DNA of 63,526 bases, counting the filler, from Octopus bimaculoides (taxonomy: Eukaryota): the NCBI RefSeq assembly GCF_001194135.2. It is 8 parts of 7 records of this genome, joined end to end, with 100 filler letters (N's around TTAATTAATTAA, not from the genome) between each part and the next. Parts side by side here need not be neighbours in the genome. Positions count along the whole stretch, not along the records: positions 5,006 to 16,592 come from NC_068981.1; positions 16,693 to 27,200 come from NC_068989.1; positions 27,301 to 40,282 come from NC_069000.1; 5 more parts are not named here. The stretch is one strand, 5' to 3'. The position numbers were made by a program, and so were the translations under genes. Positions 13,453 through 27,587 of the stretch are shown in pieces. Under the pieces are notes generated by a model. It saw only the letters and a program-made list of their open reading frames with translations, did not search any database and was not told the DNA's origin. How positions within the stretch are numbered: the first letter of the stretch is position 1; each line of letters begins with the position of its first letter.

Positions 13453-14079
13453 NNNNNNNNNNNNNNNNNNNNNNNNNNNNNNNNNNNNNNNNNNNNNNNN
13501 NNNNNNNNNNNNNNNNNNNNNNNNNNNNNNNNNNNNNNNNNNNNNNNNNNNNNNNNNNNNNNNNNNNNNNNNNNNNNNNNNNNNNNNNNNNNNNNNNNNN
13601 NNNNNNNNNNNNNNNNNNNNNNNNNNNNNNNNNNNNNNNNNNNNNNNNNNNNNNNNNNNNNNNNNNNNNNNNNNNNNNNNNNNNNNNNNNNNNNNNNNNN
13701 NNNNNNNNNNNNNNTATATATATGAATGTAAAGAAAAATGTATCTCAGGAGTTGAAAAGCGATGGCCACTTTGGGAATAAGAGGATATTCCCAATCTATG
13801 ATTACAATAGTCGTTTTAAATCCCCAATTCCCAGTGACAGACTACAGCTAAAATTCATCAAGTCGAACCATCTAACTACACCATAGCAAACTACTACATT
13901 CACAAGCCTTTCCTGTATATATATTTTCAGCATTGGCTCCAATTTGGCTTTTCCGATCTAAGTGATTATACATGTTGGATCGTTTGTTTTTCTAAAAAGA
14001 CAAAAATGGACTGAATTCAGAACAGAAAATACCGGAAGTAATGTCGCGAAGTACTTTTGTCCAGCGTTGAAATTTTGGT

Positions 14080-14175
14080 GCAACGCCAGGAATTATAGAA
14101 GGGTATTAGTCGATGCAATCGAACCCAGTATTAGACTGGTATTATTTTATCGATCTCAGAGGGATTCGAACAAAA
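14080..14175 (-). mobile_element. SINE family C, decayed fragment
   Basis: AGTCGATGCAATCGAACCCAGT...CTGGTATTATTTTATCGATC. Confidence 0.5.
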
Positions 14176-14862
14176 TATTAGAACAATTACTGCAAAGCAT
14201 TTTTTCCGACATTCCAACGATTCCTCCAGGTAAAAATCTATGACTTCAATCGAGTAAAACTCAAGCGCGCATTTAGTAATTAATTCACGCCTCAACTGTA
14301 AAAATATTATAACCCCGTCGTCCGTATCCTCGATTACTCCTTGCATCAAGTTTCTTATGTTGTGAATTCATATTATTGCCATAACATTTGCATATTTGCT
14401 TATTTGTAAAAAAATTTATGAAGAATAATGTTTTTCGATCAAAGTGTAAACGAGAGGAAATCAATTTAAATAGAACAATATTTGTATAGATTGTTCTTAC
14501 ATCGTTCATAGTTACAATCGTTTGATCTGAATATTAATGAGAAGTAAGCAGTTAATGATCGGAGAAGAAATCAAAGCTATAATCATAAAAATAATGCATA
14601 GTATTAGCAACAGGTGTTGTGGATTGGATAATCTGCTAAACTCTAGCAAGGTCGTATTCGGATAGATTTGATTCGTTGAACTCAGAGTAAGATAGAGGAT
14701 TTTTCTCATTCTACTCACGTAACAGCATGAGAACGATTGAAAGTAAAATCAGAGCAACATATCTGCTGTTAAAGATCCATTAAAAACAACAGGTAACTAA
14801 CTAATGAATATCGAACCTTCGAGAGAGGGGCCTCGGTTTATCAACTAAATACCATTGCTTCA

Positions 14863-14913
<51 letters not shown>

Positions 14914-15993
14914 NNNNNNNNNNNNNNNNNNNNNNNNNNNNNNNNNNNNNNNNNNNNNNNNNNNNNNNNNNNNNNNNNNNNNNNNNNNNNNNNNNNNNNN
15001 NNNNNNNNNNNNNNNNNNNNNNNNNNNNNNNNNNNNNNNNNNNNNNNNNNNNNNNNNNNNNNNNNNNNNNNNNNNNNNNNNNNNNNNNNNNNNNNNNNNN
15101 NNNNNNNNNNNNNNNNNNNNNNNNNNNNNNNNNNNNNNNNNNNNNNNNNNNNNNNNNNNNNNNNNNNNNNNNNNNNNNNNNNNNNNNNNNNNNNNNNNNN
15201 NNNNNNNNNNNNNNNNNNNNNNNNNNNNNNNNNNNNNNNNNNNNNNNNNNNNNNNNNNNNNNNNNNNNNNNNNNNNNNNNNNNNNNNNNNNNNNNNNNNN
15301 NNNNNNNNNNNNNNNNNNNNNNNNNNNNNNNNNNNNNNNNNNNNNNNNNNNNNNNNNNNNNNNNNNNNNNNNNNNNNNNNNNNNNNNNNNNNNNNNNNNN
15401 NNNNNNNNNNNNNNNNNNNNNNNNNNNNNNNNNNNNNNNNNNNNNNNNNNNNNNNNNNCTATGTGATCTCAAATTTTAAAGCAAACACATAATTTTCTTA
15501 TGGTTTCTTAAACATTCACTTGAACAAAACTGTACAAATCCAAATATATGGTACCCTAGGCATAACACCTACATGAACTTCTAACTTGTTGTCTCTTGAG
15601 GTCTCTGGGTGAGACTTGGATCCAACTTGTACAAATGCAAAACAAAAGTCAAACATAAAATAATAATAATAATAATAATATGTGTATGTATGTCTGCCTG
15701 TATGTATGTATGTATGTATGTATGCATGTATGTATGTATGTATGTATGTATGCATGTATGTATGTATGTATGCATGTATGTGTTATATGTGTATATATAC
15801 ATTTCTTTATTTGTGTATTAAGGCTACCATTGGTTTCATGTTATAAAAGATATCGTAATTTTTTCAAGCCAATCACACGGAGGTATAGAGTCCGTCTCCA
15901 TTTTGGATGAAAACACACGCACACATATGTGTGTGTGTGTGTGTGCGTGCGTGCGTGCGTGTGTGTGCGTGTGTGTATGCATGTACGTGTATA

Positions 15994-16062
15994 CCGGGGT
16001 CGATGTAATCAACTGACCATATCCAGCCAAGACTTTCAGGTCTTGTGCCTATAGTAGATGTA
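15994..16062 (+). mobile_element. SINE family C, 3' fragment
   Basis: GGGGTCGATGTAATC...TTCAGGTCTTGTGCCTATAGTAGA. Confidence 0.7.
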
Positions 16063-16258
16063 ATAATCCTTTCTATACTATAGGCACAAGGCCTGAAATT
16101 TTGGGGGAGGATACTAGTCGATTACATCGACATCAGTGTTTTACTGGTAATCTATCGATCCCGAAAGGCTGAAATTTGAACTCGGAATGGAAAGACAGTC
16201 AAACAAAATGCTGGTACTCATTTTGCTCGGCGTGCTAACTGTTCTGCCAGCTCTGTCG
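16063..16258 (-). mobile_element. SINE family C, near full length
   Basis: ATCCTTTCTATACTATAGGCACAAGGCCTGAAATTTTGGGGG...CGGCGTGCTAAC...CTGCCAGCTC. Confidence 0.8.
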
Positions 16259-16306
16259 TTACTGTAACCAAATCCCCCCTCTCTCTCTCCCTCTCTCTGT
16301 ATATAT

Positions 16307-16338
<32 letters not shown>

Positions 16339-16392
16339 CATACACACATATATATATATATAATTATTTAAAATTATAATACAGGGTATCTA

Positions 16393-16592
16393 AGAGATAC
16401 CACTACGCTGAAAAATAGCAGTCAAATCCAGACTCTAAAACCACAATAAATGTCCACATAGCACGAGTAGCGAAGACGAAGACCAAATAAACCAGTAAAA
16501 GGTCTTCGTCTTCGCTACTCGTGCTATGTGGACATTTATTGTGGTTTTAGAGTCAGGATTTGACTGCTATTTTTCAGCGTGGTGGTATCTCT
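16393..16592. repeat. Near-perfect inverted repeat: 92-bp arms, 2 mismatches, 16-nt spacer
   Basis: 16393-16484 is the reverse complement of 16501-16592; the right arm runs into an N gap. Confidence 0.95.
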
Positions 16593-16692
16593 NNNNNNNN
16601 NNNNNNNNNNNNNNNNNNNNNNNNNNNNNNNNNNNNTTAATTAATTAANNNNNNNNNNNNNNNNNNNNNNNNNNNNNNNNNNNNNNNNNNNN

Positions 16693-16729
<37 letters not shown>

Positions 16730-17991
16730 TATGCATATATACGTCCATATATGTACATTCTTACATATATATGTGTATACATACATACATACATACATAC
16801 ATACACACACGCACACATATATAAGTATATATATGCATACATATATACATACATATATTTCTATGCATGTGGGTGTATGTATACGAAGATTCCTACCTGT
16901 ATCTACTATTCATTAATATGGGAGTACCTCTATGTGTTTGTGTGTGTATGTGTGTGTGTGTATGTGTGTGTGTGTGTTTATCCATTCGCTTAACATCATG
17001 CAAAATGTTGAACTAATTTGTACACGGAGTTTGAAGATAAATTGTTGCGTATTTAGGGCAACACCATAGTGTGAATATTAAGAAATCTGTTGCTACCTCA
17101 CCAATTCTTTTCATTCTATTATTTAAAAAATGTTAAGTACTTTTACATAATTTTATTAAGTGCTTCACATGATGCTGAATCGTATTTAATCAACCGATTT
17201 ACATTCTACTGAATTTCAATTTGTTTTTACTCGAGAGAGAAATGCAATTTGGATCCTTACACATTTAATGGTATGGTAAGTATTTAGATTACAATGATTC
17301 TCTACATATCAGATCGTATTTTAAATAAGAAATAATTATTTAATATCTACAAAATAACAAGGATATGCTGAGTTTTCGATTTACCTGGATTTAAACTAAC
17401 GATAATACCTTATTCTAATTTCCATCGCATATAATGATATTCGCATTGCATCTTATCAGATTTCCACAAATTTTACGGTTACATAAATTTTGCTTATTAT
17501 CAGTCATTGAAAGATATTGGATGTGTTCTGATTTTACATAACAGTATTAAATCACTGGTGTTTTTTTCCTGGAATTGTTTATAGATATGGTTGATGCTTG
17601 GTAGACTAGATATCTTAAATATGAACGGTTGTGTCATCGAAATCTATGTTGATTTCAGTGTAGTCAACTCAAATTAATTTCGTTTGTTTTGTCAATGACT
17701 TAAGTAATTTGCTTTACGTTTGCTTTTTAGCGAGTAGGTACAATCATGGTTGCAGTAATTTCCGTTGAAATTATACTATTATTCTCATCATCATATGATA
17801 AATATAAAATATTTTCTGACAATTATATATTGAATTTGAATCTCTTTAAACTGAATTTCGTTAAAGTTACAGGATTATTATTATAAAGGAAGTTGTACAT
17901 TAATTGAAAGAGTAATATTATGTTTATAATTATCTAACAATGTTAGATAATTTAATATATGACGTTATAGAAAATTTCACATCATAATATC

Positions 17992-18065
<74 letters not shown>

Positions 18066-20234
18066 TGTGTATACATATATATGTGTGTGTGTATATATAT
18101 ATATATATCCTCATATAATAATGAGCGTAGTGTTTTTATATATTTGTATATATGTATATATATATGTATATATATATATATGTATGTAGTGGGAGGAAGT
18201 AGCAGAAAGTGTGGTATAAGTGAAGAGAGTGGAGAGAAAATAGTAATTCAGAGGAGTAGTAGTGAGAGTGATAGCCATGACCGAGAGGGACTGAGACGAA
18301 CTGGCAAAGATAGCGTTGTGTATCTTCTATTATATGTTGTGCTTTTCTCCGTCACAACATACGAATGAGAATGACTGGGGTGATAGACGAATGACGAAGG
18401 TAGGTGTTAAAAAAGACCGAACAGCTTTTTAACTCCGTGTGTGTATAAGTTTGTTTATGTAAAAAGGATGTATGCGAATGTTTGTGTGCGTGTGTGTGTG
18501 TGTATGTGTGTGTGTGTGCGTGTGTGTCTGTGTGTGTGTGTGTGTGGGAATATAATTGGGATGGTGAACATTCAAAGCTGAAAAGAAAATTCAAACAGCG
18601 TTTCAACTCTGTATGAGTATATGCGTGTATGTGCATGCGTGTACAAGGGAAGAATGTGAATATTTATATGTGTGAGCTATTGGTCTTTGGTTTACCATCA
18701 ATAATCTTTTTTTTTATTAAAAATGATTATTACATTCACACACACACCTATACAAGCATATGCATATATGAGAAAATGATTATTGCCTGAGTGTATCATG
18801 GATATAAAACGAGTGAAGTTGAAAGGCATATTAGAAATGGACATCTTAATTTAACAGTTCATATATGACCTTAATTTATATCAAGAAATTTTTACCCAGG
18901 GTTCTTTCCGTAACTATACATAAGATAAATAGATACATATACGTATATGCGTGGGGTGGTTTGCTAATAGGTGAATGCGTGTCTGGTAGACTTGATTTGT
19001 GTGTGTGATTCATATACAGCCTGAAAATGTTTATATATTTAGCTCATTTATGCAGTGATAGACTCCGTGCTGGTTCTCCAAATACGCTTACGCATCTAAA
19101 ATGCTTGTGGAAAGCTCCATTTAAAACTGAAGCTCCCTCCGAACCATTGTATGAACTCTTAGAAGAGTTTGTACTGACGTATAATGAGACACTTCAATAT
19201 TCGCATACACGTACACTCACCAACATGCACGTATCTTTCGAATGACTACGGTACACAAAGGAAAACCGCAATAAATAGATTGTAGTTTTTGACGTGTAAT
19301 AATACATTATATATATATATATATATATATATNNNNNNNNNNNNNNNNNNNNNNNNNNNNNNNNNNNNNNNNNNNNNNNNNNNNNNNNNNNNNNNNNNNN
19401 NNNNNNNNNNNNNNNNNNNNNNNNNNNNNNNNNNNNNNNNNNNNNNNNNNNNNNNNNNNNNNNNNNNNNNNNNNNNNNNNNNNNNNNNNNNNNNNNNNNN
19501 NNNNNNNNNNNNNNNNNNNNNNNNNNNNNNNNNNNNNNNNNNNNNNNNNNNNNNNNNNNNNNNNNNNNNNNNNNNNNNNNNNNNNNNNNNNNNNNNNNNN
19601 NNNNNNNNNNNNNNNNNNNNNNNNNNNNNNNNNNNNNNNNNNNNNNNNNNNNNNNNNNNNNNNNNNNNNNNNNNNNNNNNNNNNNNNNNNNNNNNNNNNN
19701 NNNNNNNNNNNNNNNNNNNNNNNNNNNNNNNNNAATTGAAAAATTAAATATATATTTGAATCTTATCTTGTTTATCAAATATAAATACACGTTTGAATTT
19801 TTGCTTGTGTTTTTTTTTGCGTCTGGTTTCATGGTCTACATCCAAATATAAATATATGGTTATGCAACAGATACAATGTTTACAAAAAACATAGAAGGGG
19901 AAAATGGTATAATGCGATGACTCAAGGAGCGAAGAGAAACCGAAAGACAGAGGCTGAGAGTAAGCATAGCTAGAAACCTTAAATCACCGTGACAAAAAGG
20001 ATTGGATTTTCGGCCAAATATTTAAATACGCATTTCACCTCTGTGATTGTCCAAATTACTCCAGTATGTTCTATTAACAAAAATATATTTGAGATTAAAA
20101 TATACATTAAGTTCCACGTAACATTAGAAAACGGGAATTATTTTTGTCTTAAACAAAAATTGCATAAATTTTTGTAATAGGAAATCACGTAGACATATTC
20201 ATGTTACACAGGTTTCACACTAGACCAGCAATAT

Positions 20235-20414
20235 AAGGGCAGGAGGTAACTCGATTACGTCGACACCGGCGTTCAAGTGAGACTTATTTTATCGACATTG
20301 AATGGGTGAAATGCACAGTCTACATCGGCGGCATGTGACCTCGGGACGCAAAACCGGAGGAAATGCCACTAAGCATTCTACCCGGCATGCTAACGATTCT
20401 GTCAGTTCACCGCC
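20235..20414 (-). mobile_element. SINE family C, decayed
   Basis: TCGATTACGTCGAC...TTATTTTATCGAC...CCCGGCATGCTAACGATTCTGTCAGTTCACCGCC. Confidence 0.7.
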
Positions 20415-23400
20415 TTACATAGATTTCATATTAATGCCGCTAAAACTGGAGTAAAAAACTCAGCTGATGGAATCGTATCACTTTACAAATAAAAGAATGA
20501 ATATCTACATCCATACCGACACACTCAGACAAGCACATAAACACACACACACACACACACGTAAATACATACACACATGCACACATATATACACATGTAC
20601 ACGCGTGCACACACACACACACAAATATATCTTTATAGCGCCTACATGAGATCCAAATTTTCTCCACATAGAATACACTTACTAGTGCACAAAATATTCC
20701 AGCTTTAGTGGGTATAGAAGTAAGAGTCGAGATAAGCAAATTAGACAGATCAATATATAAAAACTATATTAAATACTTGAAATACAAAATATGTATATAT
20801 GTATAAATATAACAAGGTCCAACTTACACAATGTACAAGAAACATAAAAAATTAAAGGGCTGGAAAAAATTTATTATAATTTCAACAGCTGGTTCTGGGG
20901 ACTCGGCGATCCATAATAATGTTTGTAGAATAATCACATCAAATTAATCTATGGAATTAATCCCCAAACATTATTATGGATCACCGAGCCACTAGAAATA
21001 GTTGCTGGTTTTGTAATAACTTACTTCCATCCTTTTAACTTTCTATATTTTTTGTGCTTTGTTTAAGTAAGAACTTTTTATATGTTTCCATATATACATA
21101 TTTTGTATTTGATATATTGATCTATCTAATTTCTTATCCCCACATTTGTTTCATATATGCATCTACATATACGGTACGGTCAATTAGCAGAACTATCGTA
21201 ACGTCCCATACGTTGTTTCGGGTTAACAGTTTTTTGCTATTTTAGTGCATGATTTGAATTCCACTAAGGTTAACGTGTCTTTCATCACTCAGTTGCCGCT
21301 AAATAACTTACTACTGAAATAGTGGGGTCAATACAATCGCCTGCGTTTCCGATATTAATTTCGGGCCTGAGAGAAATTAATGTTATCATGGATATTGCTG
21401 TTGCCACTTACACTGTTATCATTAGTGATATATGAAGTGATATCGACATTGACAATGACCTTTATGATAATAGTAATTATAATAATAATGAAATAATTGA
21501 TATTTTTAGTATCAGCATTTACAATATGATTACCATTGTTTGTATCAACATTATTATTAGTAGTAGCTGTATGACAACAAAATTTGGAAACAATTGCTTT
21601 AATATGTCTTACTCTAGTCTAAATCTAATTTACCTACTTACATACATAAATACATGTATATATGCATATACATTCACAAACACACACACGCACAAATACA
21701 AAAACACACACGCAAATATATGTTTGTGCGTTCATGTGTGTGTGTATGCATACTAGCTACGCACACCTGAACTCATATACAAATTAAAATATGTGTTTAT
21801 GTTATTACCTATTGCATTGTTGCAGTTATGTCACTTTAAATATATATGTATTCGTTTACACACACACACACACACACATACACACACATACACGCACACA
21901 CAGACAAACACATCCACATACACACACACACACACACTCACAGAAACACATACATGTGTATATAGACATATAGAAAATGCACACATACATACATATATAA
22001 ACACTAATAAGTACACTCGTGGGTACTTCTGTTTAATCCTCTGTGAATATATATTTTCTTGTGTTTGTGAGCATCTGGCTAGAGATTTACTGCTATCTTG
22101 GAATATATGAACATGAAATAGTCATCAGCTTTTCGAATGTCTGTACAAATTGGCGCCCGTATGACAGAAAATAAATTAAATAAGTTTTAAATTCGGTTTG
22201 CAGCTTGCTTTTAAAATTTAACACAGTGTTGATCGATTGCAAAAGTAAAGGCACAAGTTTGAAATAACAGATAACATGACTGATGATTTATTATTCTGTA
22301 AACAATACTCGGTGTTGTCAAATAGTTCAGCAAACACATTACCTTTTCACAGTGTGCGCAATGTGTTTTAGTATATGTTTGGATGTGGAAGTGGAGAAAA
22401 CCAAAATTGATCTTACAGTGACATAATTGCTATGCTACAAAAATAAAACTATAGTACTAAAGAGAAAAGTATAAAATAAATACTGGTGCTTATTTCTAAT
22501 GTATGTACATTATATATCAGATAGATATTCAATTTTCAACGTAAAGTCGAACGGTTAAAAAGAACAGACTTTATAAGTATTTTTCTTTTTAATGCTGACA
22601 TTGCTGAAGTGTGAGAATGAATAAATTATTTATCATTGAAGTTTCATTTGTTAAGGTTATCCCCTACTAACTTGTTAAAATCAATCGCAGTTCTATTACA
22701 CATCATTTATTTTTACTTTCATTTTAGAAATATTAAAAAAATATAAACGATTCGTATCTTAAAGCAACATTGCTTCTTCGTTCTCTGCAGGAAATTGCAA
22801 AATTTGTTCGCTTAAATGCGATTTTCCCCACGATCATTAAACGCTGCAGGATTTGGTTATATGTTATGATCATATTTTTTTCGTTAGATGTGGTTTTTGA
22901 TACCTTATTTGAAAATTTTGTAGAACGTTCATTCATCATTTTTGAAACGTTTATTTTTCATGTCTATTACACGTCAATAATTTCAACGTTAATCCATTCT
23001 TTTTCATATGATAAGCAATACAAAACGCTTACATATAGGGATATGAAACAACATATAAGCAAGCAGGTTCGTTTGACTTCTTCCCAAGAAAATAACATAT
23101 TACCCATAATAAGTATGAACTTAATTTGTAGAAAACCTTTGAAAATGTGAGCATTATATTCTAGATCTCTTTATAATGTAATTTCTCTTTCATCCAGCTC
23201 GCCCTATGGCTATATTTCCCAATGCATGCCCGTTTGGTATTGCTTCAAATATTATTATCATTATAATTTTTGAAGGAATATACATTAGTAACAGTTTTCC
23301 TTTCGATGCGTAGAATCTACAGTTTGGTTTCTTGTGCAATGATTTAAATGCGAACAGAAAGTCACTTAAAATCCACCTTTTGTTTTCAGAGAAACCTATT

Positions 23401-24091
23401 CTTAATATGCACGTACATCACGTCTAATGGCCACTACATATTCATCAATAAGTGTGAATTAAGTGAGGAATTTTAAAAGGTATTTAATTAACAAGTATGA
23501 TTGCTTCACAGAACATATATATGTATATGTAATGTGTCCACATTAACATTGCTACATTAATTGTTTATACGATATTAAATGTCATATGTCTATTGTTATT
23601 ATGCTAAGATATACATTACGTAAGTGCAACGTACGGTCCAGTAATTAATAAGTCATTCAGGTTACAACTACTATTAAGCCAGTTAAGTGGTTGGTGAAGG
23701 TTTTTCTCTACTCAATTCTCGTTATTGGAGATTGGTTCCAGACAAACCATGACAGAGCAGATACGTGGATAACAGCCTCGCACCTGTAATCCCACCACAC
23801 GTTTTTACTTAAGATATGCTTTACATAGAACTCTATTCCCTAATATATCAGTCTTTCTCCAATACTTCATCATGTGAATTAGTAAGAATGTGCCAGGTAA
23901 GGTGTAAATAGATAATTAAGTTTTGTGAGTTATGGGCATTATTAACGGTTTTATTTTGTTATATTAAAATACGAAACATGATGTCCATATCCATGATATA
24001 TATTTTAGGCGAATTAACAGAGAACTCAAAGTTTGTGGTAAATGTTGCGTTTTCCCATAAAAAGTATTATATAATCAATAAATGGGAAATT

Positions 24092-24146
<55 letters not shown>

Positions 24147-24249
24147 CAGCGCTTAAGGTACTATGCAAAATTGCGACGTATCCTCTATTAAAACTACATT
24201 CTACATCAGCAAAATATATTCAATGTGTTATTCGCACAGGGTAACAAGT

Positions 24250-24570
24250 GATAATAGTGGGTCAACAGTAGAATTCGCGATTGATGGTCTGGGCTTGAGG
24301 CACGAAATATCAATGCACAATATCACAGATGTCGAAAAAAACGAAGAACATGATCTTGCCTGAGTTGCAGATCTGTCGTGCCTTTTGAAGCTTCTGTACC
24401 ACTCGAAACATTGCGTATGGCGCATTGCATTGACACTGTAAGCTTGCCGAAGCATGTTCAATGTCTCTGTAGCTGACTTCCCAAGTCTAACGCAACACTT
24501 CACTTTGTTCCCTCTTCCTGCCCATGTTTTCCAGCTTCTTGCCCATGTGTTCCAACTTCCTGTCCATGTC
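24250..24570 (-). pseudogene. Internally deleted mariner (Tc1/mariner DDD) transposase remnant
   Basis: Minus strand gives VKCCVRLGKSATETLNMLRQAY...AMRHTQCFEWYRSFK (mariner N-terminal HTH), followed almost directly by KIMFFVFFDICDIVH*YFVPQAQTINREFYC (catalytic-domain segment). Confidence 0.82.
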
Positions 24571-26039
24571 AAAAATCGCACACTACAGTATACACGTGAT
24601 CAAAAAATACAATTTTCACGATTGCGAAGTAAGCATAACTTTGTCACTCGGCACACCGCCTCAAGAAGATTACTGCTAGCTCTCACTGCGTAAGGAACTG
24701 TGTGCTGCCAAATACTAGCGCACTGCAGAACTAATCCGGGAATGTTTCGATATCACATCGTATATTAATGCAAATGCCACTTTTGTACTACACTGTTGTA
24801 TAAGAAGACACCAAATTCCTCTAGCCGCCAGTTATTCAAATTTGTCGTTTTATTTTTGGGAGTTCAACGATGATTTTCGGTTCCATATTTAAATTAATTT
24901 TCATCACGTCATGTCGTATTTGTTTGTCATTTTATTTTCGAAGTAATCAATATGACGTTCATCTTAACAGCCTTCAACTTGGCTAACAGTCGGCAATTAC
25001 TGTGAAAAATAGCAGTGCATAGCATATTTTGGGAAAGCAGCAATGGAATTTAAATAAGTTAACGCTTTACTTAACCATATTTTCTTCCAAATATTCGTTT
25101 TCTGTTATTGCTTTTATTTTCTCTCACTTGGTATGTAGTTCTACGATGTTAATGAGTATTTTTCACAGAACTGAATGAACGATGTTATTCGTCCGCCCTG
25201 TGGCTTATAAATGATATGGGATTTCAAAAAACATCATAAGGTTGCTGCATTATTAGTTTCATACGAATAGAAAATATTAGATATTTTGTTACAGTTTTTA
25301 AATATTTTTTTGTTATGTTATCGTTTATTTTATTTTATTTTTTCTTTGGTTATATTGGTGGTGCTTTGTTATAATTTATGGTAAAAGTAGACATTTTATT
25401 AAACGTATGATGTGTAAATTGCTTTACTACATTAAAAATAACTTTAGTTGAATATGTGTTGTAACTTTCTTCCCCTGTGCATTTTGAATGATTTTGACTA
25501 CCGCTTTTTATGAAATCAGTTTGTTATAATATGTTCTTTTCATCCTATTTAATGTTTTTGAATCATTTTTGTAATAAAAACTTTACTCGTTATTCTTGCT
25601 ATCAAGTGGTTCTTGATAGATTTTGGATGCGCTTCAAAACATCCCTTTTTGCAGAAGATCTTTGTAATTTTTGCTGTCTATGATATTTAATACGATACTA
25701 TTTCCTATTTAAGTAATCCAATGGTCTCACTTCGGAGGAGGAAATTAAGTACAATTCATGTTCAAATTAATTCTAGTGGCTATAATATTACTTTGATGTT
25801 TACAGATTTATATCAAAATATATAATACATAAATATTCTTATTAGCGCATGTAGTACTACAGCTCAAATGAATTTAGTAATGGCAAAAGTGGACTTTATA
25901 AATTCATGAGAAAAAAGATTTTTATGGTTAGTTGATTGTTTATGAATGTATTTCAGGAGAGAGTTACTTTTCATACGCACACACGCACAAACGCCAATCC
26001 CACCACCCATCTATGTGTACATATAAATGTATCACGAAG

Positions 26040-26695
26040 TCAGACATCCCAAATGAAAGAAGGATTTACTACCAAAACCGTACCATATATCTCCGCACAA
26101 AACTCTCTTAATAATGAAACCTTCGACACCAAACTCCAAAACATTCTCCTAATAAAAAGGCACCATAGAATGATTTTAATCCTCCAAACGTACACCATCA
26201 TTAAATGCGAAAGACAACTCAAATCTATGAAATGTATCCTACCAGAAGCCCAAATACGCGCAACAGCAACACTGAAACCATCAGTAAAAATGCTTAAGCC
26301 CTAACTGTGCTATATGCATCAACTTAATTGAAGGATCGGAGTACTCTCTTAAATAGGGCAAACGTCTCACAGTAAGAAGCAACTTCACATGTGCTTCGGT
26401 GAACCTGATATATGTCTTAACCTGTTCTGGGTGTGGTGAGCAATACATAAGCCAAACCAAAAACAGTCTACGTCAAAGGACGGCTCTGCACAGATCCCAG
26501 ATCAATATTCCGAAAAAAAGAAAAATAGCATTCAGCGAACATATCGACATGTGCGCCAGCAACAAACAACTCAGCTGCAGACATTTTCCCCTCTATCAAT
26601 TCATGGACGATACAACCTGTAGTCAGCGCATTAGTAAAGAGTTATTCTTTATCACAAAATATAAACCCCGTTTTGAATACATCCACCACGAATGA
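26040..26695 (+). pseudogene. Decayed Penelope-like retroelement (Neptune-type): RT C-terminus/linker, Cys-rich motif and GIY-YIG endonuclease
   Basis: ORF 26399-26695 reads NLIYVLTCSGCGEQYISQTKNSLRQRTALHRSQI...FSEHIDMC...RISKELFFITKYKP, a GIY-YIG pattern with the Cys/His residues of PLE endonucleases. Upstream, KC..PNCAIC and TVPYISAQN occur in other frames, broken by stops and frameshifts. Confidence 0.85.
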
Positions 26696-26946
26696 TGCTA
26701 CTACAAGGGCCTTAGAATAATACCCACGCAAATATTAAAAACGATATGTTCAAAAGAGTCACTTCCCATGAATTTATTCAGAACGATTCCAATCACAACT
26801 TATACAACCACAACGGGTCACTTTTAGGTCACTTAACAATTTAAGAGGATTCCACCAACAACCTGATACTGCCACACCACTCCTGCATTCTTCTTCTTCT
26901 TCTTCTTCTTCTTCTTCATCATCATCATCATCATCATCATCTTCTT

Positions 26947-26977
<31 letters not shown>

Positions 26978-27534
26978 TTCTTATTCCTCTTCTTCTTCGC
27001 CCCTGCTTTCTGCACTACTACTGCTGCTTAAACAATCAAAGACAAGAATTCATATCAAACTAGCTGCTGCTAACCACCTAGAACCCACAAGAGAAAAAAA
27101 GAGGTTCAGAGAAAGACAGAAAATGTCCCTTGAATTTGAAAACTATGGACATATTTTAAAAAAATATTTAATTTAATTTTCCACAATTTAATTGCTTTTC
27201 NNNNNNNNNNNNNNNNNNNNNNNNNNNNNNNNNNNNNNNNNNNNTTAATTAATTAANNNNNNNNNNNNNNNNNNNNNNNNNNNNNNNNNNNNNNNNNNNN
27301 ATATATATATATATATATATATACATATTTATATATACACACACACACATAAATATATATATACATATATACAGACACACACACATATAAATATATATAT
27401 ATATATATGTGTGTGTGTGTATGTGTGGGTATCCATATGCACTTTATGATATATATATGAAATAAATAAATAAATATATATGTATATATATGTATATATG
27501 CGCGCACACACAAACATATATCTAATATATAAGC

Positions 27535-27587
<53 letters not shown>

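Noticed and set aside
13850-13885. Cold-shock-like GVVRWFD on the minus strand
   Set aside because: The following RNP1 motif (KGFGFI) is absent and a stop follows soon after.
19027-19245. Protein-like ORF / candidate exon
   Set aside because: No recognisable homology, and plausible splice sites on both strands are weak.
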